Shown: one piece after another, positions 1 through 12,718 of the stretch
How the letters are laid out: each line of letters opens with the position of its first letter
Numbering within the stretch: the stretch's first letter is position 1
Assembly (NCBI GenBank): GCA_000934665.2
Contig: JYFJ02003771.1
Location: 1 to 38,015 of the forward strand
Source: Catajapyx aquilonaris
Lineage: Eukaryota
DNA length: 38,015 nucleotides
Reading direction: 5' to 3'
Notes under the pieces: model-generated
What the model was told of the DNA's origin: nothing
What the model saw: only the letters and a program-made list of their open reading frames with translations
Database searches by the model: none
Program-made: the position numbers and the translations under genes

Positions 1-633
1 ACGTGCCCGGAAATAGCAAGAGGCGCGAAAACAGTTCCGCTTCCTCACTTTTTCGCAACGCAACGTACCTTCTCCACTGTTCTTTCCGGCAACCCACATC
101 CAGGATGTCTCTGTCGATGGACCCTCAACTTATTCAACACCATACTAACAAATATTCACAAGCACCGAATGACCTGCGTCTCTTCTGGAGTCGCATCTCA
201 CACTGCCCCTCCTTGTACACATAGAGCATTCCTTTTCTCACACCAGCGCCAATTTCACCTGCTTCACTGTGAAACCGAGTTCAACTAGCACAAAGTCATT
301 ATGCTTCATGGTACATTGATCACGTACAGTATTTCACCCCGGCGGTGTATAATACTAAAAAAAGGAAGAGTTGGTATACCGGTAGCAGTTTTATTTCTCA
401 TCCTGTGCTGATGTGATTCGTTGCTCGGTACACCGGAAAAGGTCAATTACCGGATCAAATTATGTAGTAAGATTTCTTTTGATCTTGATCTGTAATGGGT
501 TTTTGGATTGCCTCGATTTTTTTTGCGCACTTTTGATCAATATTGTGCATGGGAATGACAAGACGTAGGTATACACTAATTGGACTCCTTTTTTTATGAT
601 CCTTGAGAACGAAAAGGAAGATGTGAAACTTAC

Positions 634-681
634 CCTCGTCACTATCACCATGGTTGGAGGTCGTCTCCTTGCTCACAATGC
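634..681 (-). other. Candidate isolated 48-nt exon of an unidentified minus-strand transcript
   Basis: The minus strand reads ...catgtttcag|GCATTGTG...GACGAGG|gtaagt, with a pyrimidine tract and a consensus donor. One open frame gives IVSKETTSNHGDSDE; no homology recognised. Confidence 0.4.
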
Positions 682-1876
682 CTGAAACATGAAGAAAAAG
701 AGGGCAGTTATTAGTGGATCTCTTTGTGGTGACATACCGGGCTTGTAAAATGCAAGCATGTGTATGTATAGCATGTACATTGTGTTCAGACTTGGAATGG
801 TAATTAGTAGTTACAATGTTATTATTGCATATACTGATATCAATTCTATTATAAGGATGAATAGTGGACGTAATCCTTTATTTTGCATAAAAACAAGTTG
901 TTTACTCGCAATCACATAATTACGTTCCCTATTATACCGTACTGTAGAATTAATGATGAACGGAATATTCGTGAGCACACTAAAACTCAAAAGAGGTGAA
1001 ATAATCGCAAACTAATCACGATAATTTTGCGAATTTTCGCCAATGAGTAAAAGCCACAGGCAGTTGCAAAATTACGCGAAAAATATCACCTGTCCGATTT
1101 CTTTCATCGCCTAATCTGGTCTGGCGCAATTAGTTCAGACTGGCACAGCTACAGGCGCTAACTCTGCGTGACAAGAATTACCTCCAAAATTTGCATTAAT
1201 CACACACTTCAATTTCTCAATTACCAAACATATAACTGTGAATCAAACCGCATCATTGCACGTAACTGTTCAGCGAGAAAGTTTTGAAAAACCTCTGGTA
1301 TAGTAACCAACATTCCAAAAGCCTCACCCTGAAAATAATTTCAATGTCACTCATCTCAATTGGCCTATACCATTCCTATCAAATATTTCGCAAATTCTTC
1401 CATCAACCAACTCCCATGGTGTGTGGTGTCCTGTGTTCCACCTGCCGACTGGATTCATCCCCATCCTATTCAATCCCACCCACCTTCCGTTAGGATGGTC
1501 AATGCCCCTACAGCCCGCCGCTTTGCTTGGCATGTGGTTTCCCAACTATATAATACCTAGCCAAATGCGTGTGCTGTTGGTTGGTTGGTTGGGTTGGCTG
1601 CTTGCTTGACTGCCACCCCCACCATCTTACCCCCCCAAACCCTGTCTTTACAATGTCTATGTCAAGAGGCATGATACTTTGGCTACTACCATATTTTTAA
1701 AAGGTGCTTAAATTGAAGGTGGCGGTATGTGCATATCCGGATAAAATAATGGTTGGTGGAGGGGAAGAAGGAGGGTGCGACCATGAACGGGGTAACCCAC
1801 ATTTTTTGTGGTTTCAAGGATATTAAATAATGGTACCAGGTACCATTTGATGCAGCCTGATTGTTGTGTGATTTGT

Positions 1877-1897
1877 AGTTACTCTGTATTACATTCA

Positions 1898-1967
<70 letters not shown>

Positions 1968-1969
1968 GC

Positions 1970-2020
<51 letters not shown>

Positions 2021-2063
2021 AATAATAATAATAATAATAATATGAATGTAATACAGAGTAACT
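1877..2063. repeat. Compound microsatellite (TAT)n-(CAA)n-(TAA)n enclosed by perfect 23-bp inverted repeats (fold-back)
   Basis: AGTTACTCTGTATTACATTCATA at 1877-1899 is the exact reverse complement of 2041-2063. Interior: TAT run ~1898-1966, CAA run ~1969-2019, TAA run ~2018-2040. Confidence 0.95.
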
Positions 2064-5000
2064 GGTTACATTTTTCTCACACCAACTTGGGAGATTCACA
2101 GCTTATTTGTACAGTATTAGAAGTTTCTTTTTCGGGCTGTTATTCCAGGCATGAGAAATGTTTGTTGAGTTGAGAAATCTTGATGATCCGTACTGGCCCG
2201 GCTTTCTTGAAATTATTATTTTAATGCATGGTAGTAAAAATGAGGAGGCGTTTTCTTCATGACGACCAAGTGCGTGACTTGGGTTCTTGTAATTTAGGGA
2301 GCATCTAATGAGCGTTGGAACACTGCCTTAGGCCGGGTTTCTTGTTTCTGATCAGAGGTCTCATCAGGATCCTTGGTTGCTACGTTATTACGATCTAAGT
2401 GATTAAGATGTGGAGTTTAATATTCTTAAGCTGATTTTAAACCTAATGTGAGGAATCCAAGTGAGTTGGGTAAAATTTTGTACAATATTCAGACTGTCAC
2501 ACCTAACATACTAGAGCCATTATAGTAATATTGAAGGTCCATACCAGTACCTGGTATGGTGTCATTCGAGAGGCATTTCTTTAACATGTGTTTGCGCCTG
2601 TGCAATTCCTCCAACAAGATGCGTGAGACCCTTGCAAAGTATTCCCACATCACGAAATCCTTGAGACGGCTATGGGAATACTTTCCTGACTGGGTGCATA
2701 ACTACTAAGTCACCAGCTATTGTTAGCCAATCGTCGCTATGACGCAATTGCTAAGGAAATACAGACTGTCTCTAGTTTCATCTAGGCTACACGGTTCCTT
2801 CGAAAGTGAATCAACACCTGAACGTTAATTGAACTTATGCATATAGGTTCCTCATGTACCTGCCACTTGTTGTTCACATGAACCGAAAGCAGTGGACCAA
2901 TTTCAGCTAAGAGCTCACCTGTTGAGTTACATATTGAACTCAAATATTTGCCTTGATAATCCTCAATTAGGCCATAAGGTCACAGATATATTGTGTCGAA
3001 ATGTAAAAAACTGGGAAGGAAAATAACGATGGTAATCCCCATTTTCTCAGGTGACCCCACAATTACATTTCCCGATCGCAGCTTCCTCTGCATTTCATCA
3101 CGCATAAAGGCTTGAGGGTGACCCAACTCCATATAGTATGTGACTTTTCGTTGTTGTATGGAGGTGTATAGAGAAAGCCTACTTTCGTGTGAAATAGGAA
3201 ACCGAATGTAGGGCATGGACCTTTCCGATCGCTCGAAAGATACACTTCGAAACAACGGAAGAAACAGAATATATGTTACCCTCCACAATTTATGAGTCAG
3301 CTTCTGGACGTCCACATATTACTGTTAACACATGTAGACTGTCACACAACATGTTTTTTTTCCCCAAGACCATGTATCTTCAATTGACATTCCTCCATTT
3401 CGTGACAATCATGGCGTCTTTTGGATTGTACTCCCTTATTTTGGGTGCCTCCATGATGTGGGCGGTTCCTTTCCGCGGAAGCCGTCATTTATTTCACGCT
3501 AGTTGCTTCTCAGCACCAGGGATTTCAGTCGCACGATTTGAAAAGGGAATCTTCTTCACTCGCACCCGAATGCACCACTACAATGCCGTCTGTCTTCGAT
3601 GCAGAACATAAAACATGGCACGCGAAATGATCGTACAAATCTTTACGATTTGGATTCGGAAAAAAAAGAAGAAGGACGGACCTGAATGTTTCGTCACAGT
3701 CGTGGTCATACGACAAGTGTCGGTGTTGCCATATTTTCCGACAGTGTGCAAGGTGCATGCAATTTGAATGACGTGTAAATAACAGGGTGAATGTGGACAT
3801 GATGGAACAGCTTGCCAGGTTTGTTGAAGTACTAATCGCGGTTTTTTAGTTGCTGGCCATATCATGTACGCAAGAAATGTGCTGGCCTTATTCGATACAA
3901 CGTAACTTATTTGCATACACGCGTCTAACCTCACACTTGCTTCGAGTTATTTTTCCTGCTTTTTTTTTGAGGGCAATGTCTGGCCAGAGAACTAGTGACG
4001 TCTTTCGTTCCATATTCTGAATATATCTGACACCTTGAATATTAACACCAATCAAATAAATGACAATGAGGATATCAAATTGCGTAATTTCACGCCTGTT
4101 AATTACACACTATAAAAAGGTACCTACTAGAAAATAGGCTGACATACCAGCCAAAGTGGGCGGGTTTGCCAGTAACCTCATTGATATGCCACTTAAGTGT
4201 ACAAAAAGGTGCAGCGAAGCAGAGAACTTCTTGCAAATTTTTTGTTGTTGTTGTTGGCTGCTGCTGCATGTTCAGTGTTTGCCTTCTGGCCATCCAAGAT
4301 GCGGTTCACTGAACTGGTCAAACGAGCGACAAGAAGTTCCGGATAACTCTGTCGCCGCGGTATGAATGAAAACTGGAAGACAAGGAGGGTAGTTTGGCGG
4401 ATACACGTTTGATCTCGCAGACAATTGCAAAAATTGTGACCTTCAAAAGTGGGATGGCAATTAAAGTTGGGGCTTTCTGGCACTGATAAGAGGACATTAT
4501 AAAAGGTGACAACGAACTGTGGCGAGAAGGACACCTTTTGTATTCCAAGTTTTTTTTTTTAAAGGAGGAGGTAATTATTTAGAGGGTTTGATGTATGGTC
4601 CAATCAATTCCGGTAGTGCGGAATTTGTGATGGTTCCATGCACTTGAAGCGTGTGGGATAAAATTCTTTCGGTACTTTTTTTGAGACGCTTTTCGAGGAG
4701 ACATGCCCTTAAGGAATTTTTTGTGATCAGCCCAAGATTATACCAACATGCAAATCTTCCACAGCATTTTCTTCCGCGGTTAGGAAATTTATGACACACC
4801 CTGTATCCATACCTACAGCAAAGCTATATTGCAATAGCTCGTGAGTTATTATAGTTATTGTCACGTACTTGGATGCTTGGAGTTGTTTACGTGGCCTACT
4901 GAATGCGTGTTAATGAGTAAATTACAGAGCGCCTCGTTACATTAAGTTTCTTAGCAATTCGTTGTGGTTCATTCAATGCATCTGGAGAATTTTACAGCCT

Positions 5001-7934
5001 ATTGAGCTACTGAATAGCTACCTCATAAATGGCAGGTGTTTTGTAGACTACACTCAAGGTTGATTTTTTTGTGCGAAATTGGATTTGTCAGATTACTTAG
5101 CAAAAATGTTGAGTTATGTTTGTAACGCAAGTGCACACGCAATGGCTCGCTTAGTACCGGTACCTTTGATTTATATGAGGTAGTACTTCCATACAGACCT
5201 ACTTGTCTGAATTTCTCGTGGCACCATGCGTGAACGACTGGCTAACCTTACGCATTTTACAACTGAATGCATTATTGTCCTAGGTTAGCGCTTAATAATA
5301 GGTTGACTTTAACCTACAAGCATCGGATATACACTAGAAGGTCCGCTAACCCATTAGCCTCCTTCTCAGGAAGGAACTTTACATGATGGCCAGACAACAG
5401 TTGTTGCTTTCACTTTACCAACTGACCCTTCCTTTCTTTCAACCACCTCTTTATTTTCTGGACCCATGTCATCTTCATACATGTCTTTGGTGTCTTCAAA
5501 TCAAAGAGTCCAAAATGGCGGCTCACGCTTGATTGCAACCGCATTTAACCGAAAGAAGCACCACGCATCACTGACCGGTCCATACGTGGAAGGCAAAAGC
5601 AGGTCTTCACCACTGGCAGCCATCATCGGTTCCACACTCGTAGTTATCTCTTTTGGGGGGAGGTTACACACCTGGTTATTCTTCCTGCTTCATGCTGGAG
5701 GATTCCTGGGGCACACGATGTGGCAACTTCTTTTTCACGAGCCTTGCGGTGCTTCTTCTCCTTCCTGAGGAGCACCTGAGGCAATTACGACACACATATA
5801 GGTGGCTTTCGTGGACCTTTTTCATGGCCGCCTAGGTCAACTAAGGCTCATTCGTCCTTGCACTTGCCTCGATGGTTCCACCTACTTATTGGGTGGGGTA
5901 TATATGGAGCTCGTTTATGATAATAACTGTTATTATTAGCGAGGATGCAAGTGGCTGTTCCAGTTCTGCAGTTGTCAAATACCATCAACAAAATAGAGTT
6001 GCTCTAAATAAAAACCAGTTTCGACAAGAAGTCACACGCTAATTGCGGTTAATTGACAAACGTCATCGCGGACAATTAATTTCGTACTGATTGAAAACGA
6101 GTCGTATGTATGTGACCCTTGCTGGGGTTCAAAGCCATCCGTTATATATCCCCTTGGAAAAAAAAGGGGGACCAATCAGGGCGGAACAAAAATTTGACCC
6201 TTTCCCCAATCCTTTCACTGCGATTCTAGATCCTCTGATGGTTCCAGATACATTTCAGACGCTGATTTCGTTCATAAGTTTACACCGATAAGAAGGCTGG
6301 TAACGGCATAAGTGCAGGCGCATATAGCACTTTCATTGCCAACTGTTTCCACCACGATTTGTATTGTCGATTGTCGAGGTCATTCGAGGGTGATTTTGAT
6401 TCAATGCGGTCGATCAACTTTGGCAAACACAATGCAATTCAAAATTTGGGCAGTACTGTAACGTCACGTTTCTATGGTTAATTAGGTGACTTGAAATTGA
6501 CCAAATCTAGTTACTTGTATATTGCACAACTAGTTGAACATGATAAAGCAACTATTATAGTGATATACAGTGCTAAAGTCGCCCCAAATAATTATTCTAA
6601 GACGTAATGGTTGACAAAATAGTTATTCATACCCAGTCACTGAACTACCACGTTAAAAAGCTAGGCAATAGTCAGTCTTGACATTTCCTGCCTTTTGACC
6701 ACCATGCCATGATGCATCATGCACATATTTCATGCAGCTTAACACGCTATTTTAACCGCATTACACACAAAATGCTAATGTTTTCGTACAATTCTACTAA
6801 ATCTAATAGTTTGTACTCCAACGACTCGAATAGTTGGTAACCTGTTAAAGTACTGTATGCATACATGATGGATGTTGTAACAAGCCATACTGTCTGACTC
6901 ATCAGGCTGTAATTCATAAAGGCCTTCCCAGCAGGTATTATTGGTTTTGAAATATAGCTCTTGCTATTGCATTGTTTCCCCCTCCCCTTACACGTGTGGA
7001 ATCATAAAACGTAATATTTAGTGTTGGTCGAGTTTTATCCCCGCATTCATGTCTGAGGAGGGGTTCCTCAAGATGCAACCTTGCGCCTTGGTGCCTTCAA
7101 GGTCGCAGATGACGAAAACACTGCTGAGAAGTTCTGGATGAACCAAAAGAGGTACAACAGGTGATTTACTCATGGGCAACCTCCTCTATTTAGGGAAGTC
7201 TTCAGCAAAACTTTCAATCATTATTCACGCACCACTGCATACCGGAACAAGTCGTCGACGTCATATAAAAAAAGCGGACTTTCTTCATTCCGGTCCGGTG
7301 AAAAAGTTAACTCCTTTAAAATAAAAAAAGGTCACCCGCCTTAAAAATAAACATATGGGGCTACCCTGTACTTGTACTGTTTATGCTGCATGACATGTAC
7401 TTTTTTCAAGGAATGGTTTAAAAGGTCACACTTTTGATGCTCATTTCTGACTGATATTTGCATAAAATTTTAATTTTATAAACTGAGCAATCGACATTGT
7501 TGCACATACCAAATTGATTTCAATGACCATTTGTGCAAATGGCAAATTCAAAAATTTTGCAGGTTTCGTCACCATTTTTTCCCAACATTAAAAAAAAGAA
7601 GCAAAGCACCAGTGCTCTCCGTGGGTAAATCAGTGAGCGAGTACAACCTGACCCGAAATGAAAAATCCAGACTGGTTTTATTTGAGGGAGAGAGAGACGA
7701 GAGAGGGCAGTGGGCCCCAACCAAAGTGACCAAAAGGACAAAGGCCTGGAAGCTTTTGCGGCCGCAGATGAAGGTTACGCTTCAGCAACCCCCAACAACA
7801 AAAAAAAAAAACCGGGCCAACATTCCAATGGACACTTGTCGCAAAATGTACATAAAACAATGAGAGTGGTCACACCCTTTTTTTTTCTTGTTAAAAAAAA
7901 AGGGCCGGTACCGGATATTGTTGGTCGGACTTAC

Positions 7935-8045
7935 CTTTGATATTGGTATAATCCTATAGTCAGCACTGATCGCGGGTACCACCGAACTTCATGATGGTCT
8001 CTTGTTCTTTCGTGGCAACGTCATGCACCGGGGTTTTGCCCTCTC
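7935..8045 (-). ncRNA. Candidate non-coding exon of a transcript divergent from PCCA
   Basis: Minus-strand acceptor cttccttccacttcatccacgcag and consensus donor AAAG|gtaagt flank 111 nt with stops in all three frames. A possible upstream donor AAG|gtagcg lies at 8133. Confidence 0.35.
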
Positions 8046-8260
8046 CTGCGTGGATGAAGTGGAAGGAAGCACCCCAAGTCCCCAAGCGCTGCCAACCAAC
8101 CAACCGAACCCACCGGGGCCGACCAACCGCTACCTTTTGCCGCAGGTGAGCGGATCGGAAAGGACCGCCAGAGGAAGGATCGCCGCGACATCTACCGGAC
8201 GTCTACTGGACGTCCCTGCCACCTGTTCCCACTTTATTTCCAACCCTGGTGTTTCGAAAC

Positions 8261-11200
8261 ATGGCGAGAACCGTCTGCTGCGTGTCCAGGTCTCTGCTGG
8301 TCAGGAGCTATGGATTCATCAGGGTGAGGTCAATCAGGCTGGACCAGTTCACAATGGGGAAGCAGCAGGCACATACTGAAGTCACAAACATTTTAATTGT
8401 TGTCACTATTATTGTCACCCAGTTGGTGGGACAGGGGATTTGACAGAGTTGGCAGGGGTCAATGCCGGGAGGTCATCTCTGCGCTGGCCTGGTGATTGCC
8501 ACGTAATCTTTGAATTTTAGTGTGCTGGCTGCACGGAGTGGAAATGGAGGGACAACAGGAGGTGTGCAGGAAAATTAGGGTTTTGTGCCCATGTTGTCAT
8601 GTAATTGCATGTATTTGATGCAAGTACCGTCAGTCTCAGACGGTTCAGGTGCTTATTAAAATGGTGCATAAAACTAGTAATCATAGGTGTACACTTCAAA
8701 GAGCGGGAGGGCAAACGGTGGCATAGTGGTTAACGCCGCAGCCTTCCACCTCTAAGATCCCGAGTTCGATCCCCAGGTCGGGCGGAGGACACTTATGTGG
8801 AAGGAGTTTCGATGGGTTCTCGTCGTGTTTGCGTGGGTTTTCTCGTTTCCTCCCATGCCGGATAGTCTTAGTTCCTTTGGCATAACCAACAAACAAACAA
8901 ACTTCAAAGAGGAGTGGCCAAGACCTCAATAATGTTTGTTCAGGTTTCCTTGTAACAAAGTAGAAATTGTTTTGTGAATTTTTATATGCAAGTGCTGCTT
9001 ATTTTTGGCGACACACTGGCTGTGATAATAGCCAGCTGCACAAATGTACTAGGCAGAATGGTGCCAATCATTTTGTAATGTGGGGTGAAGACAATGGCAT
9101 CATTGTACACACTACACCTGCATGAGCCTTATTAACCCTTCCTGGAACCCAGATGTTGAATTGGTAACAAAAGGACATCATGAGTATAATGAAGGCATTA
9201 AACCCCAATGCTACATATATAAACAAATTTTAACGTTGCTTGTGATGCCATAACTTTTTTGATAGGGAAATTGCACTGGATTGCAAGAGGTGAAAGATTG
9301 ACATGGTTACTGACATGTGAGAGCATAGGAATAATTTAGATTGGCCTTGACGCTTCCCATATGAGATAACCCATGCATCTCCTGAACCGTTGAAGAAGTG
9401 AAGTATGTTGTTCATTCAGAGGTTCAGTTGATCATTACAAAATATTGCAGTTAAAATAGTAACAGCAGAGATAAGTTTTCATTTATCACTGCTGAAAAGT
9501 TAATGTGCATGTGTACACCAGATAAACTTGGGATCATATATTACATTCCTTTGCTAACTAAAGTGAGATGAAGCAAGTGTCGCCTTCTCCAAGAAGTGGC
9601 TTTTTTTATGCCTGCCTCTTTCTGTTACTTATCTGTGAGTAGTTTTCAATTGAGTGATAAGGTCACCACCATGTGGCACATAATCAAGATAAAGTTTTAG
9701 TGGGACTTGTTCCTAATGTTAGTGGAAAAGATGAAACTTAATATCAAAACTTAATACCAAGATCTTTATTACAAGGGCAGGGTTAAAAAAAAAAAAATGT
9801 GTTTGTAATTTTGCCAAACCAAAAATGGCCACAGAAAACACTGGAACTTTCAAAGATCAACACAAATTAGGGAAAAGCTCTGATTATGTACAGCAGTCTG
9901 GATGTTGATATACTTGGTAATTTTTTCGTTAATTTTATTGTACACAATGAGCAAGTTGAAAACTTTTCCCAATGCAATGAACTTTCATATAAGGAATAAT
10001 AAATATTGTCCACTTCATATTTCAGGCACGATGCTACGGGACCAAACGTCTTCCATCCATATACACCACTGATCCAATTGACCCCAATGAGAAGACTTTC
10101 GAGAAGATTCTCATTGCCAATAGAGGCGAGATTGCCTGCAGGGTGATCAAGACAGCTAGAGCTATGGGCATAAAGACTGTTGCTGTTTATTCCTTAGCTG
10201 ACTCAAATGCTGTGAGTACCAATTCATCAGTTTGATGTTTGCATCATCATAATGACTTGAATTTTTTTCCAGTTACATGTGAAAATGGCAGATGAGTCAG
10301 TCTGCATAGGATCAGCTCCAGCGTCGGAGTCCTACTTGAGAATGGATCGGATTATGGAAGCTGTTAAGAAGACTGGAGCCCAAGCAGTTCATCCAGGATA
10401 TGGCTTCCTGTCTGAAAACCATCTGTTTGTGGAAATGCTGGTCAGTAAATAAGAACTAGAATTTTCAGGATTATTAGGTCATCAATACAAAATTGTAACA
10501 CCAGTGATATATTCAATTGACTAGTTATAAAATTACTGTAATGAAAGTATTATGGTGCATTCCTAATTTATTTTGTCTCAAACTCATACATTTTGTACGC
10601 TTACACCACAGGAAAAAGAAGGCATCAGTTTCATTGGACCATCAGCAGCTGCCATCACAGGAATGGGTGATAAGATCGAGTCAAAGCGTCTGGCCAAACA
10701 TGCCAATGTTAACATCATCCCAGGATTTGATGGGGTGGTGAAAGATGCAGACCATTGCATTTCCATTGCCAAAGAGATCGGCTATCCCGTAATGGTCAAG
10801 GCATCCGCAGGTGGGGGTGGCAAAGGCATGCGAATAGTCCAGAATGATGGTGAGGCACGGGAAGGATTCCGCCTTGCCACACAGGAAGCAGCCTCCAGCT
10901 TCGGGGACTCCAGAATATTGGTGGAGAAGTTTGTGGAGCAACCACGCCACATTGAGATTCAATTGTTAGGAGACAAACAAGGAAATGTCATTCACTTGCT
11001 GGAGCGAGAATGTAGCATACAGCGGCGCAACCAGAAGGTCATTGAGGAATGCCCTAGTGTGTTTATTGACCCAGAAACACGTGCTAAGATGGGTGCACAA
11101 GCTATTAGTCTTGCAAAAAAAATTGGCTACTCATCTGCTGGTACAGTTGAGTTTTTAGTTGACCATGAGCGAAAGTTTTATTTCTTGGAGATGAACACCC

Positions 11201-12718
11201 GGTTGCAGGTTGAGCATCCTGTGACAGAATGTGTCACTGGTGTTGACATAGTTCATCAAATGATCAGGGTTGCAGCAGGCCTTCCACTGAAACTCAAACA
11301 GGATGATATCCCAATGAATGGGTGGGCTGTTGAATCACGTGTGTATGCTGAAGATCCATTCAAGAACTTTGGCATGCCCTCAATCGGTCGTCTCTACAAA
11401 TACATTGAGCCAACCCACATTCCAAATGTGCGCTGTGACAGCGGAATAGAGGAAGGAAGTGAGATCAGCATTTATTACGACCCTATGATTTGTAAGATGG
11501 TGTGCTACGGATCAAGCCGACCAGAAGCCCTTTCCACTACAGTGCATGCTCTGGACTCATACGTGATCCGAGGAGTCACGCACAACATCCCACTACTGAG
11601 GGATGTAGTAACAGAAAAGAAGTTCATGGAGGGAAATATCACCACAAAGTACTTGTACGAAACATATCCAGATGGCTTTAAGGGAAGGCAGCTTGGTGAG
11701 AAGCAACGTGAGGAATTGGCTACCATTGTGGCTTGCATGCATGTGAAGGATGTTCTGAGGTCCAGGAAGGTGCTGAATGAAAGGAAAGAGATGTTGGTTC
11801 ACACTCATGCAGAAGAGTGGGATCTGGTGGTCACAGTGGATGAGCATGACGTCGAGTGTCATGTGGAACAGGGTGACAAGAAATTTGAGGCATGATCATT
11901 CTGCTTGTTAGTAAACATAAGAAATATGAACTTCATTTTTGGTGTAATTAGTACTAATTGGGGAGGAAGAAAAATAATTTTTGACCGCAAGTTTTACGAA
12001 AGATTGAGGTTTCATGACATCAGATTTAATTGCACTACATACAATCTGTGTCTGCATTGGAGAGCATGTCAAATCTGGTAGCTTCGTATTTTATTAGTTG
12101 ATGTGGTTCAGCAAGTTCACTTTCTTCGGACTTATCCAGCTGATTTGGTCCACAGGTGGAGATTGGTGGTAAGACTTTCACAATGGAAGACAACTTCACA
12201 CTAGCAGATGCAGTGGTGACTGCCAATGTGAATGGAAGGGACAGTCTGGTACAGGTGATACACAAGACCGCCAGTGGGCTAGTGAGGATCCGCTACCAGG
12301 GAACACCTTTCAATGTCAGGGTCCTCTCAGACATGGCTTTCCAGTTCATGCAGATGATGCCTGAAGTGCCAAAGCTCGATGTTTCCAAGGCCATCATTTC
12401 ACCCATGCCAGGAATGGTGAAGTCCATCAACTGCGAAGTCGGAAGCACCGTTTTGGAGGGACAAGAAGTCTGCGTCATTGGTGAGTTGGCTATCAGTTTG
12501 TGGATGGGGCAACGCAGTAACTGGGTGAAGCTAATGGACTTCATGTAAAGCTGACTCACAGACCATTCATATGATTCATATGTTGTGCTTGTTTATTTGC
12601 AGAGGCCATGAAAATGCAGAATTCATTGACAGCTGCCATTACTGGCAAGGTGAAGGCTGTTCACTGCAAGGCAGGCCAAACTGTTGAGGAAGAAAGTATT
12701 TTGGTTGAGTTTGAGTGA
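8261..12718 (+). CDS. PCCA: Propionyl-CoA carboxylase alpha chain, mitochondrial (~711 aa)
   Basis: Exons 8261-8323, 10026-10211, 10273-10440, 10612-11889, 12156-12480 and 12603-12718 join in frame. Biotin carboxylase motifs: [61 protein letters not shown]. The C-terminal biotinyl motif is EAMKM, and [13 protein letters not shown]...FGMPSIGRL is PCCA-type. The N-terminus is Arg/Ser-rich and presequence-like; exon 1 is the least certain. Confidence 0.93.
8704..8900 (+). mobile_element. tRNA-derived SINE with V-domain-like core, in PCCA intron 1
   Basis: A box TGGCATAGTGG and B box GAGTTCGATCC; core GGAGTTT...GTTCTC..CGTGTTTGCGTGGGTTTTCTC..GTTTCCTCCCA; (AAAC)n tail. 11-bp TSD ACTTCAAAGAG at 8693-8703 and 8901-8911. 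Confidence 0.88.

Noticed and set aside
935..1210. Possible DNA transposon or MITE remnant with repeated TTTTCGC/GCGAAAA motifs
   Set aside because: I could not define terminal inverted repeats or a TSD.
1686..2173. Overlapping ORFs with poly-Y, poly-C and poly-N tracts
   Set aside because: They are translations of the microsatellite and its inverted arms.
3044..3103. Possible C/D box snoRNA on the minus strand (GTGATGA...CTGA)
   Set aside because: It is short, has no convincing terminal stem, and I recognised no rRNA complement. It would need a snoscan or Infernal hit.
7049..7800. Coding-looking plus-strand stretches (GVPQDATLRLGAFKVADDENTAEKFW; KGLEAFAAADEGY)
   Set aside because: No consistent splice model or recognisable homology; similarly for 4300-4360 and 5400-5500.
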